This document shows, piece after piece, positions 1-10,072 of a DNA stretch of 60,858 nt. A model generated the notes under the pieces. It was not told the origin of the DNA and ran no database searches. It was given only the letters and a program-made list of their open reading frames with translations. The DNA is taken from IMG/VR virus record IMGVR_UViG_3300021963_000139, positions 1 through 60,858 of that record; one strand, 5' to 3'. The DNA is from a virus (Duplodnaviria > Caudoviricetes). The position numbers and the translations under genes are program-made. Numbering within the stretch: the stretch's first letter is position 1; each line of letters starts with the position of its first letter.

Positions 1-185
1 GTAGGTACAGGCTCAGTAGGTACAAGTTCAGTAGGAACGGGTTCAGTAGGAACGGGTTCAGTAGGAACGGGTTCAGTAGGAACGGGTTCAGTAGGAACGG
101 GTTCAGTAGGAACGGGTTCAGTAGGAACGGGTTCAGTAGGAACGGGTTCAGTAGGAACGGGTTCGGTAGGAACGGGTTCGGTAGG
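1..185. repeat. 15-nt tandem repeat (gtaggaacgggttca) encoding PTEPV
   Basis: About 12 near-identical units are directly visible; the array continues at 60748-60858. Confidence 0.95.
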
Positions 186-3100
186 CGTAACAGGAGATGG
201 CGTTTCTTTGACAATATTTATGAGATCTTCTTGCGTAATTGGATTGCCCATATCATCGACAACAATTGTCGGCGTCACGGTTGAGATAGGGGCTGTTGGA
301 GTAATTGTCGGTGCAAACGTAGGTGTTTGAACAGCTGGCGCCTCCCCAGTAACCATTCTGAACAATTCTTGTTGAGTAACAATTTTTCCGTCTTGATCAA
401 CCAAGTCTGTTGGGTCTACGGTTTCTGTAGCTACTCGTAAGTTTCCCTGATCATCTACTAGCCCTGCTATTCTTAATACATCTTCTAATGAATCATCCGC
501 AAATAACAATTCAGTTTGTTGATTTGAACCAAACAAACTTCTTAACTGCTGTACGTCAAAGGGTGAAGGCGTAACCGTTGGGGGCTGACCTCCAACAGGG
601 GGTTCAGGTGGCGGCGTTATATCTACTGTGGGAACTTCGGTCGGAACTGTGGGAACTTCGGTCGGAACTGTAGGAGTTTCTGTAGGAGCAGTCAGTGGTT
701 CAACGGGAGCAACTGTAGGAGTCGTCGTGGGAACAGCAAGTGTAGGAGCTGTCGTGGGGACGGCGGTAGGCGTTGCGCTTCGTGTAATGCTTTGCGTTGA
801 TACGTATAGCGTTTCTCCGGGGGTTAAATCCGAAAACTTTAAACCGCTACTTGTAAATGCCGTTGCGGGCGTAAACGTATATCCTGATCCATCGGTATTT
901 TTGGTCAATACGCCGCGATCATTTGAAACAATGACTTCTCCGCGCTGGGCGGCATCAGAAGCAAACGCAACTGTTTTGGCTGCGTTAACAGCCATTTGAT
1001 TGACGGGGTCATCTTGATTGTCTTGAATGCTTTTTGCAGCATCTGGGTCTTGAAACGTTAATAACTGCAAAACATTGTTGTAAAATTTGTCTGCATTAAT
1101 AACCGTTTCGCCTGCGTCGCCTTCAAACGTAAACGTGCCTTCGTTAGTATCAACGCTTTTTAAATCAAGATTTAGTTTTGGCCCTATGTCTAATACAAAA
1201 GGAACCAAACTTAATGTGGGTTCAGTTCTTGTTGGAACGCCTGTTGCTGTATTGAACTCTAGTTCAACAGGATTGCCGCTTTTATTTGTAATGGTTTGCC
1301 CTGCTAAAGTAAGGGCTTGTTTCCCTAACGATATACCGCCGCCCGTAATTGCAATCTGACCCGTTGTTGTTACAGCAGCATCTCTTGCAATACTGAGCAA
1401 CTCATCCGTTGTGTATTTTTTCCCTGGTTGTAAACCTATATCAGGGATTGTGTCTACATATGCCTGGGCAATTGCCGTTGCTATCTCTGACGGAACATTT
1501 GCCGCCACATTTTTAGCGTAGCCTTCTAAAAATGTTTGTGGTGTAAGTTGCTTTGAAAATAAATCTTTTAAGAACTTTGTGGTGCCAGGAACGCCAATAA
1601 GTTCTCCAGTTCCTTCTAGGCTCGACATGATTGCGGCTCGTGTCGCCGACATGGTTTTTGACGTTTCAGCGTCAAACCCTCTGGCTTCAAACTCTCTAAT
1701 GCCTTTTACATACTCTGATGAAAATAAAGGCAGCGCCGCGCTTGAGAAAGCAACACCTAACGCGACGGGGATGCCTGCTCCTGATAGTGCAGCCAACCCC
1801 ATAGCTGCCGTCGAAGGAATTGATGCGACCGCTGACGCAAAAGCATTTCTAAAATCTTTGTCTCCCTGCTTTGACAATGACTTTTGATACTCAATTAATT
1901 CGTCTACCGTTTCAAATTTTCTCCCTGTTGCAAGTTCCGCTGCGCCTAATACCTGCAATGCAATCTCTGCGCCGCCAATTTGAATGCCTGCCGTTGTTCC
2001 GCTACCCCATCTTTTGGCAACATTCATTAATCCATCAACAGTAGGACTAAAGTCAATGCCTAATCGTTTTTCGCGAATTTGATTAGCTTCATCAATAACT
2101 AATTTTTCTTGTTCTGGGTTTCCTTTTGCCAAGGCAAACTTGGACTCAATATCTTGCATTTCTTCCTCTGAAAAACCAGAGGACATCATCCAAGTACTAA
2201 GATTATTAGGATCATCTTTTGCGTAATAATTGTAATTTGCTTCATCTAACGGACGCGTTAAATATTTTTCTCCTTCTAATTGTGTATAAAGCCCACTTGG
2301 GTAAATATATGTTTGAGCATTTGCCGGAGAGGTTCCTGCTGGAGCAGTAACTGTTATTGATGGCGTCGGCGTTTGTGCAGGCGTTTGTGCAGGCGCCTGT
2401 GTAGGCGTCTGTGTAGGCGTTGCAACTGGAGTTTGATCTACGTAAGAAAAATCGCTTTCGTCTGTGGGAGTACCAATTTCTATTGGTGGCAAGTCCGCTG
2501 GTGGTTTTGCTACTGGCGTAACAGGCGATATTGTTGGAACAGTAGGTAAAGGAGCCGTGGGCGGTGCTATAGGAGTTGTAGGCTCTACCGGTGGCGCTGT
2601 TGGGGTTACAGGAGCCAGAGGTGGCGCTGTAGGCACCGCGGGGGCCGTTGGCGTCACTACAGGCGTAGGCTCTGCTATAGGAGTAACTGTTGGTGTTGTA
2701 GCAGGCGGAGAAACATTAATATCAGGCCAAGTCGTTGGGTCAGACGGGTCAAAACTTGGATCAAGATCTGGATCAGGCCAAGTTGTTGCATCATATGGAT
2801 CAAAAATTGGCTTGTTTGGATCAAATGATTTTGGCGCTATTGGAGTTAATAAATCACCGCCGAGGTCCGCATCAATTGCGCCAACCCCTTCACTATTAAT
2901 AAGTAACTGTCCAACTTGCGATTTAGTAACAAGATAGTTTGCGCCAGCTTGTAAATTTTGCGCCGCGTTTGCAATCGCATTTAAGTTCCCTGATTCAAGA
3001 GCTTTAACTAATTGCAAGGCTGCGCCGGCGGTTTTTAACTCTGCACTATTTGCCGCGCGGCCCGCATCCATTAAAGCCCCTGCGATATCGCCTTTGACAG

Positions 3101-5366
3101 CTTTGTCAACCGCTGATGCCGCATTTAATGCGTCCGATACCGTCAAACCATTGCCAAGGTCTACAGTACCAATGCCTTGACCTAATGAACTACCAGCGAT
3201 TGTTGCCAACGCACCAAGCAAATTGCCTTCTTTGACGGCATTAGCTGCATTGGCCCCCGCCTGTATGGCTGAAGCAGTCGCAGTATCAATTAACCCTGTG
3301 TAACCGCCAAAACCTGCTAAACTTGCGGCGATGGCAAAGGGATTTTCGCTTGCAAGAGCATTGATTGAATTAACGGCTAACGTCAGCGGCGTTAATGCAC
3401 CTCCTGTTAAGAAGTTAGCAATATTGAGAACTGGCCCTGCTTTAGCCACGGCTTTTATGAACGGGTCAGTTGAATCGTCTCCTAAAGTCTGAACCTTAAG
3501 TTTTCCTTCAGCGTCAGCAGTTACGTTCCCGTAGGTCGTTCCTGGACCTTGACCCCATGTTCCAAGCGACCCATCCCAGTCTATTGTTTGGCCTGTCGCT
3601 TTATCAAAAAACTCGGTTTTTGTTGACGCTGGAACGTACTCTTCAAAATCTCCGCCTTCGCCACCAGAAACCGTTCTGTAATATCCTTCAACCGAAACTT
3701 GTCTTGCGCCAAGTTGACTTAAGTCAGTTATCCCTGTTCTTTCTACGATTCTTTGACCAATCTGGTTTAGCATTCCTTGCGTACCAAACCCAGGGCCGCT
3801 ACTTTTGCCCGCCTGTGTTGTCCATGCCCCGCCTGTAGAATTTGGATCTAAAATTGACGCGGCTTGTTTTGCAACTTTTTCTGCTGCAACAAATTGTTTT
3901 TCTATGCCATTTGGTGTAACAACAAACTTTGTGCCATAACCATCATCAAATAACACAGGATTGACTTCTGCCCCTGTGGTTTTATTTATTAGGGCAGTTC
4001 TCGTTTGCGGAGAATTAACAAAATCCTCCAGCCCTTCGCTAATGTTTTCCAACGATAGCTGATCTAGGCTTGTAATTCCTTGTTCTTTCAATTGTTTGTC
4101 TAAAAGCTGCTTTAATAGCTGCGTCTCATCTTTGCCGCTAATTGGGTCAATATACTTGTCTACCCCTGAAAGGAGACTGGATGTTGGCGGCGGCGTAGTC
4201 GGCTTTACTACATCATTGCCGGTTGCTCCTGTGATTGTGTCTGCGCCTACCAGAGGAGACCCAGCAGTCGTCAATAACTCTTGCAGCGTGCGTATCGGCG
4301 TTCCCTGGCCAATAAGAAGCGCATCTACAGATGTCACCTGACCATCTTTATTAACGTCATAAAGCATGTTTGCAGGAATTATTCCTGCCGCCATTTGATG
4401 CGCTATCTCCATGTCCGATAACGTCGGCGCAATAGGTGGCGTCGTCGGCGTTGTGCCTACCAATGTTGGGTCGTAAGGCAGATCGCCCCATTCATTTCGC
4501 GTTTCGTCTACTGTTGGACTTGTTGTAGGCCCTCTCACATCTATATCGACTGGCGACGGACTTCCACCGGTTGAACCTCCACTTACTGTGTCGTTTCCTG
4601 TTCCACCGAAAACAGAGGTTTGCCCTGCCGCTTGCTCCCTAGCTAACCGTTCTGCTGCCTCAATGGCCTCACGTTGAAGTCTTGCTTGTTCGGCAAAATA
4701 CCCAGGGTATGGTTCTCCTGGCAATAGCGTTGTAATCCCCGCAGTAGGTGGTGCAGTAGGTGGTGCAGTAGGTGGTGCAGTAGGTGGTGCAGTAGGTGTT
4801 ACATCCGATTGATTTAAGTAAGTAAAAAATGCATCAACATTTTCTTGTGTTGATATTGGCCTTCCTGCGATACTTTCAATCCTGGCGGCGAGTGCCGCAC
4901 CTTGTTCTGGCGTTAGAAAATCACCAGTTGCTGCGTCTATCTGTGCTTGACGGATTGCAATTAGCTGGGCATTCGTTAATGGACTAGGAGTAGCGACTGT
5001 GGGCGTGTTTGGGACTAGCGAAGCTATACCAACAGAAGGCGGTTCAATTGGTGTGACAGCTATAGGCGAGGCGATTGGCGTTACAAATACAGGAGAAGCG
5101 GTTGGCATCGGGGGTGGAACATAATCTGACTCTACATACGTTGGCGCTGGTGGCGGGTCAGAAGCTGGCGCTGGTGGCGGGTCAGAAGCTGGCGCTGGTG
5201 GCGGGTCAGAAGCTGGCGCTGTATAACTAAAACTCGTCCCTGGATCAGAGTAATATACGTCATACAAGTCAACGCCATACTTAGAAGCAGCCGCAATAAC
5301 ATCATCTAGGCTCGCCCCGCCAGCAAGCATTTCCATGCCTATATTAAGGATTGCTTCTCTATCCAT
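1..5366 (-). CDS. N-terminal part of a giant Pro/Thr-rich virion (putative ejection or surface) protein; continues across the circular junction to 59584 (~2190 aa in total)
   Basis: ATG at 5366 lies just after the stop of 5370..6011. Hand translation starts MDREAILNIGMEMLAGG, and the frame stays open to base 1. It is absent from the ORF track because no stop falls inside the linear window. Contains PTAP, APASDPPP and PTEPV repeats. Confidence 0.85.
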   Translation of the reverse strand, partial: MDREAILNIGMEMLAGGASLDDVIAAASKYGVDLYDVYYSDPGTSFSYTAPASDPPPAPASDPPPAPASDPPPAPTYVESDYVPPPMPTASPVFVTPIASPIAVTPIEPPSVGIASLVPNTPTVATPSPLTNAQLIAIRQAQIDAATGDFLTPEQGAALAARIESIAGRPISTQENVDAFFTYLNQSDVTPTAPPTAPPTAPPTAPPTAGITTLLPGEPYPGYFAEQARLQREAIEAAERLAREQAAGQTSVFGGTGNDTVSGGSTGGSPSPVDIDVRGPTTSPTVDETRNEWGDLPYDPTLVGTTPTTPPIAPTLSDMEIAHQMAAGIIPANMLYDVNKDGQVTSVDALLIGQGTPIRTLQELLTTAGSPLVGADTITGATGNDVVKPTTPPPTSSLLSGVDKYIDPISGKDETQLLKQLLDKQLKEQGITSLDQLSLENISEGLEDFVNSPQTRTALINKTTGAEVNPVLFDDGYGTKFVVTPNGIEKQFVAAEKVAKQAASILDPNSTGGAWTTQAGKSSGPGFGTQGMLNQIGQRIVERTGITDLSQLGARQVSVEGYYRTVSGGEGGDFEEYVPASTKTEFFDKATGQTIDWDGSLGTWGQGPGTTYGNVTADAEGKLKVQTLGDDSTDPFIKAVAKAGPVLNIANFLTGGALTPLTLAVNSINALASENPFAIAASLAGFGGYTGLIDTATASAIQAGANAANAVKEGNLLGALATIAGSSLGQGIGTVDLGNGLTVSDALNAASAVDKAVKGDIAGALMDAGRAANSAELKTAGAALQLVKALESGNLNAIANAAQNLQAGANYLVTKSQVGQLLINSEGVGAIDADLGGDLLTPIAPKSFDPNKPIFDPYDATTWPDPDLDPSFDPSDPTTWPDINVSPPATTPTVTPIAEPTPVVTPTAPAVPTAPPLAPVTPTAPPVEPTTPIAPPTAPLPTVPTISPVTPVAKPPADLPPIEIGTPTDESDFSYVDQTPVATPTQTPTQAPAQTPAQTPTPSITVTAPAGTSPANAQTYIYPSGLYTQLEGEKYLTRPLDEANYNYYAKDDPNNLSTWMMSSGFSEEEMQDIESKFALAKGNPEQEKLVIDEANQIREKRLGIDFSPTVDGLMNVAKRWGSGTTAGIQIGGAEIALQVLGAAELATGRKFETVDELIEYQKSLSKQGDKDFRNAFASAVASIPSTAAMGLAALSGAGIPVALGVAFSSAALPLFSSEYVKGIREFEARGFDAETSKTMSATRAAIMSSLEGTGELIGVPGTTKFLKDLFSKQLTPQTFLEGYAKNVAANVPSEIATAIAQAYVDTIPDIGLQPGKKYTTDELLSIARDAAVTTTGQIAITGGGISLGKQALTLAGQTITNKSGNPVELEFNTATGVPTRTEPTLSLVPFVLDIGPKLNLDLKSVDTNEGTFTFEGDAGETVINADKFYNNVLQLLTFQDPDAAKSIQDNQDDPVNQMAVNAAKTVAFASDAAQRGEVIVSNDRGVLTKNTDGSGYTFTPATAFTSSGLKFSDLTPGETLYVSTQSITRSATPTAVPTTAPTLAVPTTTPTVAPVEPLTAPTETPTVPTEVPTVPTEVPTVDITPPPEPPVGGQPPTVTPSPFDVQQLRSLFGSNQQTELLFADDSLEDVLRIAGLVDDQGNLRVATETVDPTDLVDQDGKIVTQQELFRMVTGEAPAVQTPTFAPTITPTAPISTVTPTIVVDDMGNPITQEDLINIVKETPSPVTPTEPVPTEPVPTEPVPTEPVPTEPVPTEPVPTEPVPTEPVPTEPVPTEPVPTELVPTEPVP
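4741..4797. repeat. 12-nt tandem repeat (gcagtaggtggt) encoding PPTA
   Basis: About 5 units are visible. Confidence 0.9.
5142..5220. repeat. 24-nt tandem repeat encoding APASDPPP
   Basis: Three full units are visible. Confidence 0.9.
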
Positions 5367-5369
5367 TTT

Positions 5370-6011
5370 TTACTCTGGTATTGATGACACAAAAGCCATC
5401 GTCGCAATGACCGAAGGAGTCTCGGGCCTTGTTGGCGATGCCGCCGCGGGCAAATGTTCGATAGTTACCGCTGTGTTCGTTGTAGCCCAATACAGCTCTA
5501 CATAATCACCTGATTCCATGCTCAAAAACAAATTAAGCGCCGCAATCAAATGCCCGTCAATACCACCATGCCTATTAGGAACAGAAAACCGAGAGTTGCT
5601 ATTGTCAACATTCGTCCCATTTACAGCGGCCCAAACATCAACATCGTGAATTTGTGTATTCGTATTATTAAACTGGATACTGAATTGTAGGTTGTAAACG
5701 CCGGGATAGGTTACGTTTAAACGCGAACTATTGCTTAAGTAAACACTATCACTAATATCTGTGACATCATAAGTAACAGCATAGGCTGCTGTTGTACTTA
5801 CCGCCGCCTGATCTGAATCGCTTGAAAACGCCCCAAATGGATTGCTCATGAAACGACCACCATCAGGCCCCAACAAATTTCTTGTAATATTTTCTAATCT
5901 ATTTAAATAAAGCCTTAAAACATTATTTAATTGATCTTGATAAACCCGTGAATAGACCTCTAACCCTTGAGGAAGATTAGGAACTGCGGGGCTGTCAAGA
6001 CGTAATGTCAT
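5370..6011 (-). CDS. Virion structural protein with a C-terminal beta-sandwich (C1q/TNF-like) domain
   Basis: Position after the tail nozzle gene; GVYNLQFSIQF and GDYVELYW strands. Confidence 0.55.
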   Translation of the reverse strand: MTLRLDSPAVPNLPQGLEVYSRVYQDQLNNVLRLYLNRLENITRNLLGPDGGRFMSNPFGAFSSDSDQAAVSTTAAYAVTYDVTDISDSVYLSNSSRLNVTYPGVYNLQFSIQFNNTNTQIHDVDVWAAVNGTNVDNSNSRFSVPNRHGGIDGHLIAALNLFLSMESGDYVELYWATTNTAVTIEHLPAAASPTRPETPSVIATMAFVSSIPE

Positions 6012-8155
6012 GCGCCTTGTCCTGTCGCTCTGCCATCTGGCCTGATATCAATACGCGGCGCGCCAAGCTGCCACGCACATCCCACTTGATTTGATTCAAT
6101 TTTAAATATCATCTGCCGGCCTCGAACTCTTACATAAACCTGCCCTGTAAATTGTTCAATTGTTGCAGTTGATGTTCTTGTTACTGTTGCTGATGATGAG
6201 CCACTGTTTGACTGCGGATTGTTGTACCCCGATCCCGAGTTCATCATTGGGATCAATGTCATCGTAACTTCCGGCGCAGAAGACTCTGACCCGTCAAAGG
6301 TAATGTCCGGAAGTATTCTATACACATATCCAATATTATGACCGTCTTGTATATCAAACTCCGCCGATTCAATATACGCATTAATTGCTTGCGGCGTTCC
6401 CGATACGTTATCGTCTACACCGCGTTCGTGATCTACAAGATTATTGCTATACGTTGCCGCTTGTGGGTATGGCCTTAACCCTGAATCGCTCCAAGCGGTT
6501 CTCGCCATCGTGCCGTAGTACCAAACGCCTTGTCCATTATTTTCGGCGTAGTTAAATACAACATAACGATCAACAGACTCAGAATCTTCAGAACAATAAA
6601 ACCACCAAATTTCATTAAACCCTTCATTTGTTCCAGCAAAGATTTGATAGTTTTGATACAGATTAATATCGTTGAAAATATACCTTCGAAGATCACAGTT
6701 TAATGTTTTGACTACGCCGTCATAAATGTAAAATTTATCAATTCCCATCCAATATGTTTTGCTTGACGCAACGGCAACAGCATTTGGCCCAACAATAGAA
6801 ATATTGTCCGCCAAAATTTGTGACCCCCAAACCAACGGCGCGCCAAGAAATTGAATCGAAAAAAGTGACGAATCAGTCCATGTCAAAATTTCTTGCCGTT
6901 GCTGTTGCACAGTAATAATTTGAGATCCGCGTGACAGTCTTATTGACCCTGCGGTGTTTGTTGCCGACGGATTCCAATCAACTAAGGATTCTTGGCTACA
7001 CCATCTAATTAACATTGGGTCAGCCGTTGCGGAGTCTAATGGATTACATCCAAATACCATTAAATAACGATAAGCGTCTGATACAAGTAGCGAATATTGA
7101 ACTTTCGGCACATCTTCAAGAACCATCGAGTGGACTCCTGACTGCGTGCCGGAAGTTATAATTGCAGTTCCCGTCGCTGTTGTTGCTAAATTTGCCGTAA
7201 GACCACTTACGTTGATTAAATAATATGTTGTGTTTGTAGACAGCCCTGTTGGCAACGCACCTGTGGTTGTTAATGAAATCGATGTTCCCGCAACCAACGC
7301 TACGGTAAACGTAATTACACAAGGAGAGGCTATGGTCAAAGTAACAACTCCGCCAAGGCTACTTAGCGCAACGCCCCTTGTTGATAATCCACCTGTGGCA
7401 TCCCAATAATATAAGCCGGCGGCTCGTGGACCAAACACTAAATCTTCGCCCCAATTGTTTGCGTTCCAAATCCTTAATGGATCTGTCACTTGTGGCGTGA
7501 TCCCCCAAGAGCCACCACCCCAAGAGCCACCGCCCCACCCAATGAGCGGGACTTGTGCTACACCTGGACCCGTGTTGACTTGAAACGCACCTACCGCACT
7601 TGCTCCACCATTGCCAACATCAGACGCGTTAGAGGTTACTGCTGCGCCTGTGCTTGGGTTCGTCGCTGTAATTGTGAATGTATTGACTGTCGGTACACTT
7701 GTGATTTGGTACTCTTGGTTTAATACCGCCGCAGTGATATTTCCACCAAGACTCACAGCTCCCGAAAACGTTACGAAATCATTCGTGATTGCGCCATGAT
7801 TTGCCGAGGTTACGGTTATTGTTGATGAAAACGGTGCGGTTGTTACTGCGGCAAAGGTTACTGACTGTGTCAATCTAATAGGCGTGATGTCGGTATATGC
7901 CCCGCCTTGTTCAATGTAATATTTTAAGTTTGTCCCAACGCCAAGTAAATTTGCGTTTGTTAAAGTAACCCAATTCCATAACGACCGGCATATACCTAAA
8001 AAAACAGCCTGAGAAATCCTTAGCCAGCCTCCGATCTTCTCTGGAGTCCCTTGACGAAATCTTACTTTCTCAGATACATACCAACCGTTCTCATTGGTAT
8101 AGCGTGTATTTTCTTTATTAACTCCGGGTTTGTTAATAACCTTTGATAGAGGCAT
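6008..8155 (-). CDS. Tail tubular/nozzle (stabilisation) protein with inserted beta domains
   Basis: 715 aa with an MPLxK..KPG start and beta-propeller-like content, in the podovirus tail-module position. Confidence 0.6.
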   Translation of the reverse strand: MPLSKVINKPGVNKENTRYTNENGWYVSEKVRFRQGTPEKIGGWLRISQAVFLGICRSLWNWVTLTNANLLGVGTNLKYYIEQGGAYTDITPIRLTQSVTFAAVTTAPFSSTITVTSANHGAITNDFVTFSGAVSLGGNITAAVLNQEYQITSVPTVNTFTITATNPSTGAAVTSNASDVGNGGASAVGAFQVNTGPGVAQVPLIGWGGGSWGGGSWGITPQVTDPLRIWNANNWGEDLVFGPRAAGLYYWDATGGLSTRGVALSSLGGVVTLTIASPCVITFTVALVAGTSISLTTTGALPTGLSTNTTYYLINVSGLTANLATTATGTAIITSGTQSGVHSMVLEDVPKVQYSLLVSDAYRYLMVFGCNPLDSATADPMLIRWCSQESLVDWNPSATNTAGSIRLSRGSQIITVQQQRQEILTWTDSSLFSIQFLGAPLVWGSQILADNISIVGPNAVAVASSKTYWMGIDKFYIYDGVVKTLNCDLRRYIFNDINLYQNYQIFAGTNEGFNEIWWFYCSEDSESVDRYVVFNYAENNGQGVWYYGTMARTAWSDSGLRPYPQAATYSNNLVDHERGVDDNVSGTPQAINAYIESAEFDIQDGHNIGYVYRILPDITFDGSESSAPEVTMTLIPMMNSGSGYNNPQSNSGSSSATVTRTSTATIEQFTGQVYVRVRGRQMIFKIESNQVGCAWQLGAPRIDIRPDGRATGQGA

Positions 8156-8158
8156 GGC

Positions 8159-8629
8159 TCACCTCATCAATGCAGCTTCTGCTGCTCGGCGGCGGGTAAG
8201 TCCGGGGAGTACACGACCGTTTGCTTTGTTCCATTTGACACATTCAGTCGCTGCACCATCCCAATCCCCCGCATCAACACGTTTTTTAAACGTAGAAACC
8301 CTGTAATTCCCTAAGCCACAATTGTAGACCCAGCTTGTCACTGCGGCAATGCGCCGTGGAGATGCCTTTTGAAACGTCGGAGAAAGCTTGCAGATGCCTG
8401 CATAAAAGTAATCAATGTGATGACTCAGCGAATCCTCACACTGCTGCATGGTCCAAATTGTTCCGGGCTGAATGTCAGGGCCAGTAGATCCCCAGCCAAT
8501 CGTCCAAGGATGCCCCCGAGTGCCGGGATCAGGGTATGAAGTTACAGTTCCGTTTGGCAGTAGTCTAGCTAGCCCTTCAAAGGGCTTAATAAGTACATTT
8601 TTAGCTAGCTTTTTAGCCTCATCGTTCAT
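8159..8629 (-). CDS. Endolysin, phage lysozyme (GH24)
   Basis: Motifs FEGL, YPDP..WTIGWG, YNCG and GLTRRRAAE. Likely start is ATG 8629 (MNDEAKK), overlapping the upstream stop (ATGA). Confidence 0.9.
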   Translation of the reverse strand: MNDEAKKLAKNVLIKPFEGLARLLPNGTVTSYPDPGTRGHPWTIGWGSTGPDIQPGTIWTMQQCEDSLSHHIDYFYAGICKLSPTFQKASPRRIAAVTSWVYNCGLGNYRVSTFKKRVDAGDWDGAATECVKWNKANGRVLPGLTRRRAAEAALMR

Positions 8630-9105
8630 TTCTGATATTTTTCTATTGCGAGCTGCTTGCGTTTTTGCCACCAGATTTTTATGGACTCAGATTGTTTTTT
8701 AACTGATTCTTCAGATCGTTTTTTTCCAAGCCAGTGGCGTGATGACCTTCCCTTTCTTGCTTTGTCTTGCATATTGTCCGCATCAGTTCCAAGGAAAAGA
8801 TGCTCTGGATTCACGCACTTGCGGTTGTCACACTTGTGCAGAACTAATAACCCAGAAGGTATTGATCCGTTAGTAAGTTCCCATGACATGCGATGTGCAT
8901 TTACAGGGGTTTTTGAGTCAAGTGCAAATTGCCCATACCCTGTCTGCGTAAATACAGACCACTGCCATTCCCAGCACCCGCTTTTTACGCGGCTTACCTT
9001 AGACCAAAACCGACAAGCGATTGAACACTGCTTTTCCCTGCCGCCATTTTTACGTTCAAACAGTCTGCCGCAATGACTACAGTTTATTGGAATTTTTTTG
9101 CTCAC
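8626..9105 (-). CDS. Free-standing HNH homing endonuclease
   Basis: [38 protein letters not shown], an N-terminal Cys cluster and a NUMOD3-like basic tail. Confidence 0.85.
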   Translation of the reverse strand: MSKKIPINCSHCGRLFERKNGGREKQCSIACRFWSKVSRVKSGCWEWQWSVFTQTGYGQFALDSKTPVNAHRMSWELTNGSIPSGLLVLHKCDNRKCVNPEHLFLGTDADNMQDKARKGRSSRHWLGKKRSEESVKKQSESIKIWWQKRKQLAIEKYQK

Positions 9106-9587
9106 GATTTTCTGTACTTTTCCAGGGGTCTACCAACAAAAAAGAATGAGATACACATCGTAAACAACCCAAAATCGTCAGCATCCCAGACTGTAGTTAC
9201 CACCTCGGTCCATACCGCGCCAGTCTGAAACGCCATAACAAGCGCTGCCGCCTTGACTGCCGCGTACATAAAAAATAATGCCCAAGTGATGCCGGGACGT
9301 ACAAGAGCAGAGATTGCAGCCACAAACCAGCCTGCTGCTTTAGCCGTTTCAGCCTGCTCTTGAAAGGCCGCTTTAATCGCTTCGGTCTGCTGGATGGAGT
9401 AGTCGACATACTTTTCCTCTACTCTGAACTCACCACGCATTTTCTCCAGATCGGTCTGGAGTTGGAACATACTTAGCTCATGCTTACGCTCATTGGCCTT
9501 GTCAAGAAACTTCAGGATTTCGGGGGCAAGCCTAAACAAACCACCAAAGATAGAGCCAAGCAAGCCACCCGAGAGGAGATCAAACAT
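9102..9587 (-). CDS. Holin-like membrane protein
   Basis: Several hydrophobic segments, VRP and FFFVGR motifs, located upstream of the endolysin. Confidence 0.6.
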   Translation of the reverse strand: MFDLLSGGLLGSIFGGLFRLAPEILKFLDKANERKHELSMFQLQTDLEKMRGEFRVEEKYVDYSIQQTEAIKAAFQEQAETAKAAGWFVAAISALVRPGITWALFFMYAAVKAAALVMAFQTGAVWTEVVTTVWDADDFGLFTMCISFFFVGRPLEKYRKS

Positions 9588-9726
9588 CCTTCTTTTCTTC
9601 TAATTGAGCAACGGCTTGAGACTTAATCTTCTCAAACAATACGGCTATTTGTTTATAGGGCAGGTTCCCTAGGGTATCCAATACCATATTGATTTCATCA
9701 ACCGTAAGCTCAAGGTTGATTTTCAT
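9580..9726 (-). CDS. Small protein (48 aa), putative fibre chaperone; not in the ORF track
   Basis: Hand translation [48 protein letters not shown]; it fills the gap between neighbours. Confidence 0.7.
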   Translation of the reverse strand: MKINLELTVDEINMVLDTLGNLPYKQIAVLFEKIKSQAVAQLEEKKDV

Positions 9727-10072
9727 TTTTTACCCAACTGGTTGTCTCTTCATCCCAGCTATACATGCCATCTGTGGGCGTGGCAACAGGCGCTTCCCAC
9801 TGTGCATTAGCGTTCAGAATCCATGACGGGAAAGGCTGTGGCGGCACAAACGCGTCAATGTCTTGCCTGTAGGTATAGCCAATCCCTGCGTAGTTCTTAC
9901 GCATGTTGCCGTTATAAGATGTCTGCTTCCATACGCCACCGAGAATTTTCTCTAGATGTGCAGCGCCGATGTGTTCTTTTTCAACGCCAAACGCATCAGC
10001 CGTGTCTTTGTTATCAACAACAACCACACGCAAGACTACGTTGTTTTCATCAAGCTCGCAAAAATGTGCCAT
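9710..10072 (-). CDS. Conserved tail-fibre-associated phage protein
   Basis: MAHF.ELD.NN.V and WKQTSYN..RKNYAGIGY motifs. Confidence 0.7.
   Translation of the reverse strand: MAHFCELDENNVVLRVVVVDNKDTADAFGVEKEHIGAAHLEKILGGVWKQTSYNGNMRKNYAGIGYTYRQDIDAFVPPQPFPSWILNANAQWEAPVATPTDGMYSWDEETTSWVKNENQP

Noticed and set aside
1-185. CRISPR-like array
   Set aside because: The repeats are contiguous with no unique spacers, are in-frame coding, and have no cas operon. The Cas4-like nuclease sits in an ERF/SSB recombination module.
628-4341. Plus-strand ORFs rich in V/G/T (628..999, 2464..2937 and others)
   Set aside because: They are antisense shadows of the giant minus-strand Pro/Thr-rich gene.
8626-9105. 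Group I intron around the HNH genes
   Set aside because: This HNH overlaps both neighbours, leaving no room for a ribozyme core. The other two HNH genes lie between intact genes.
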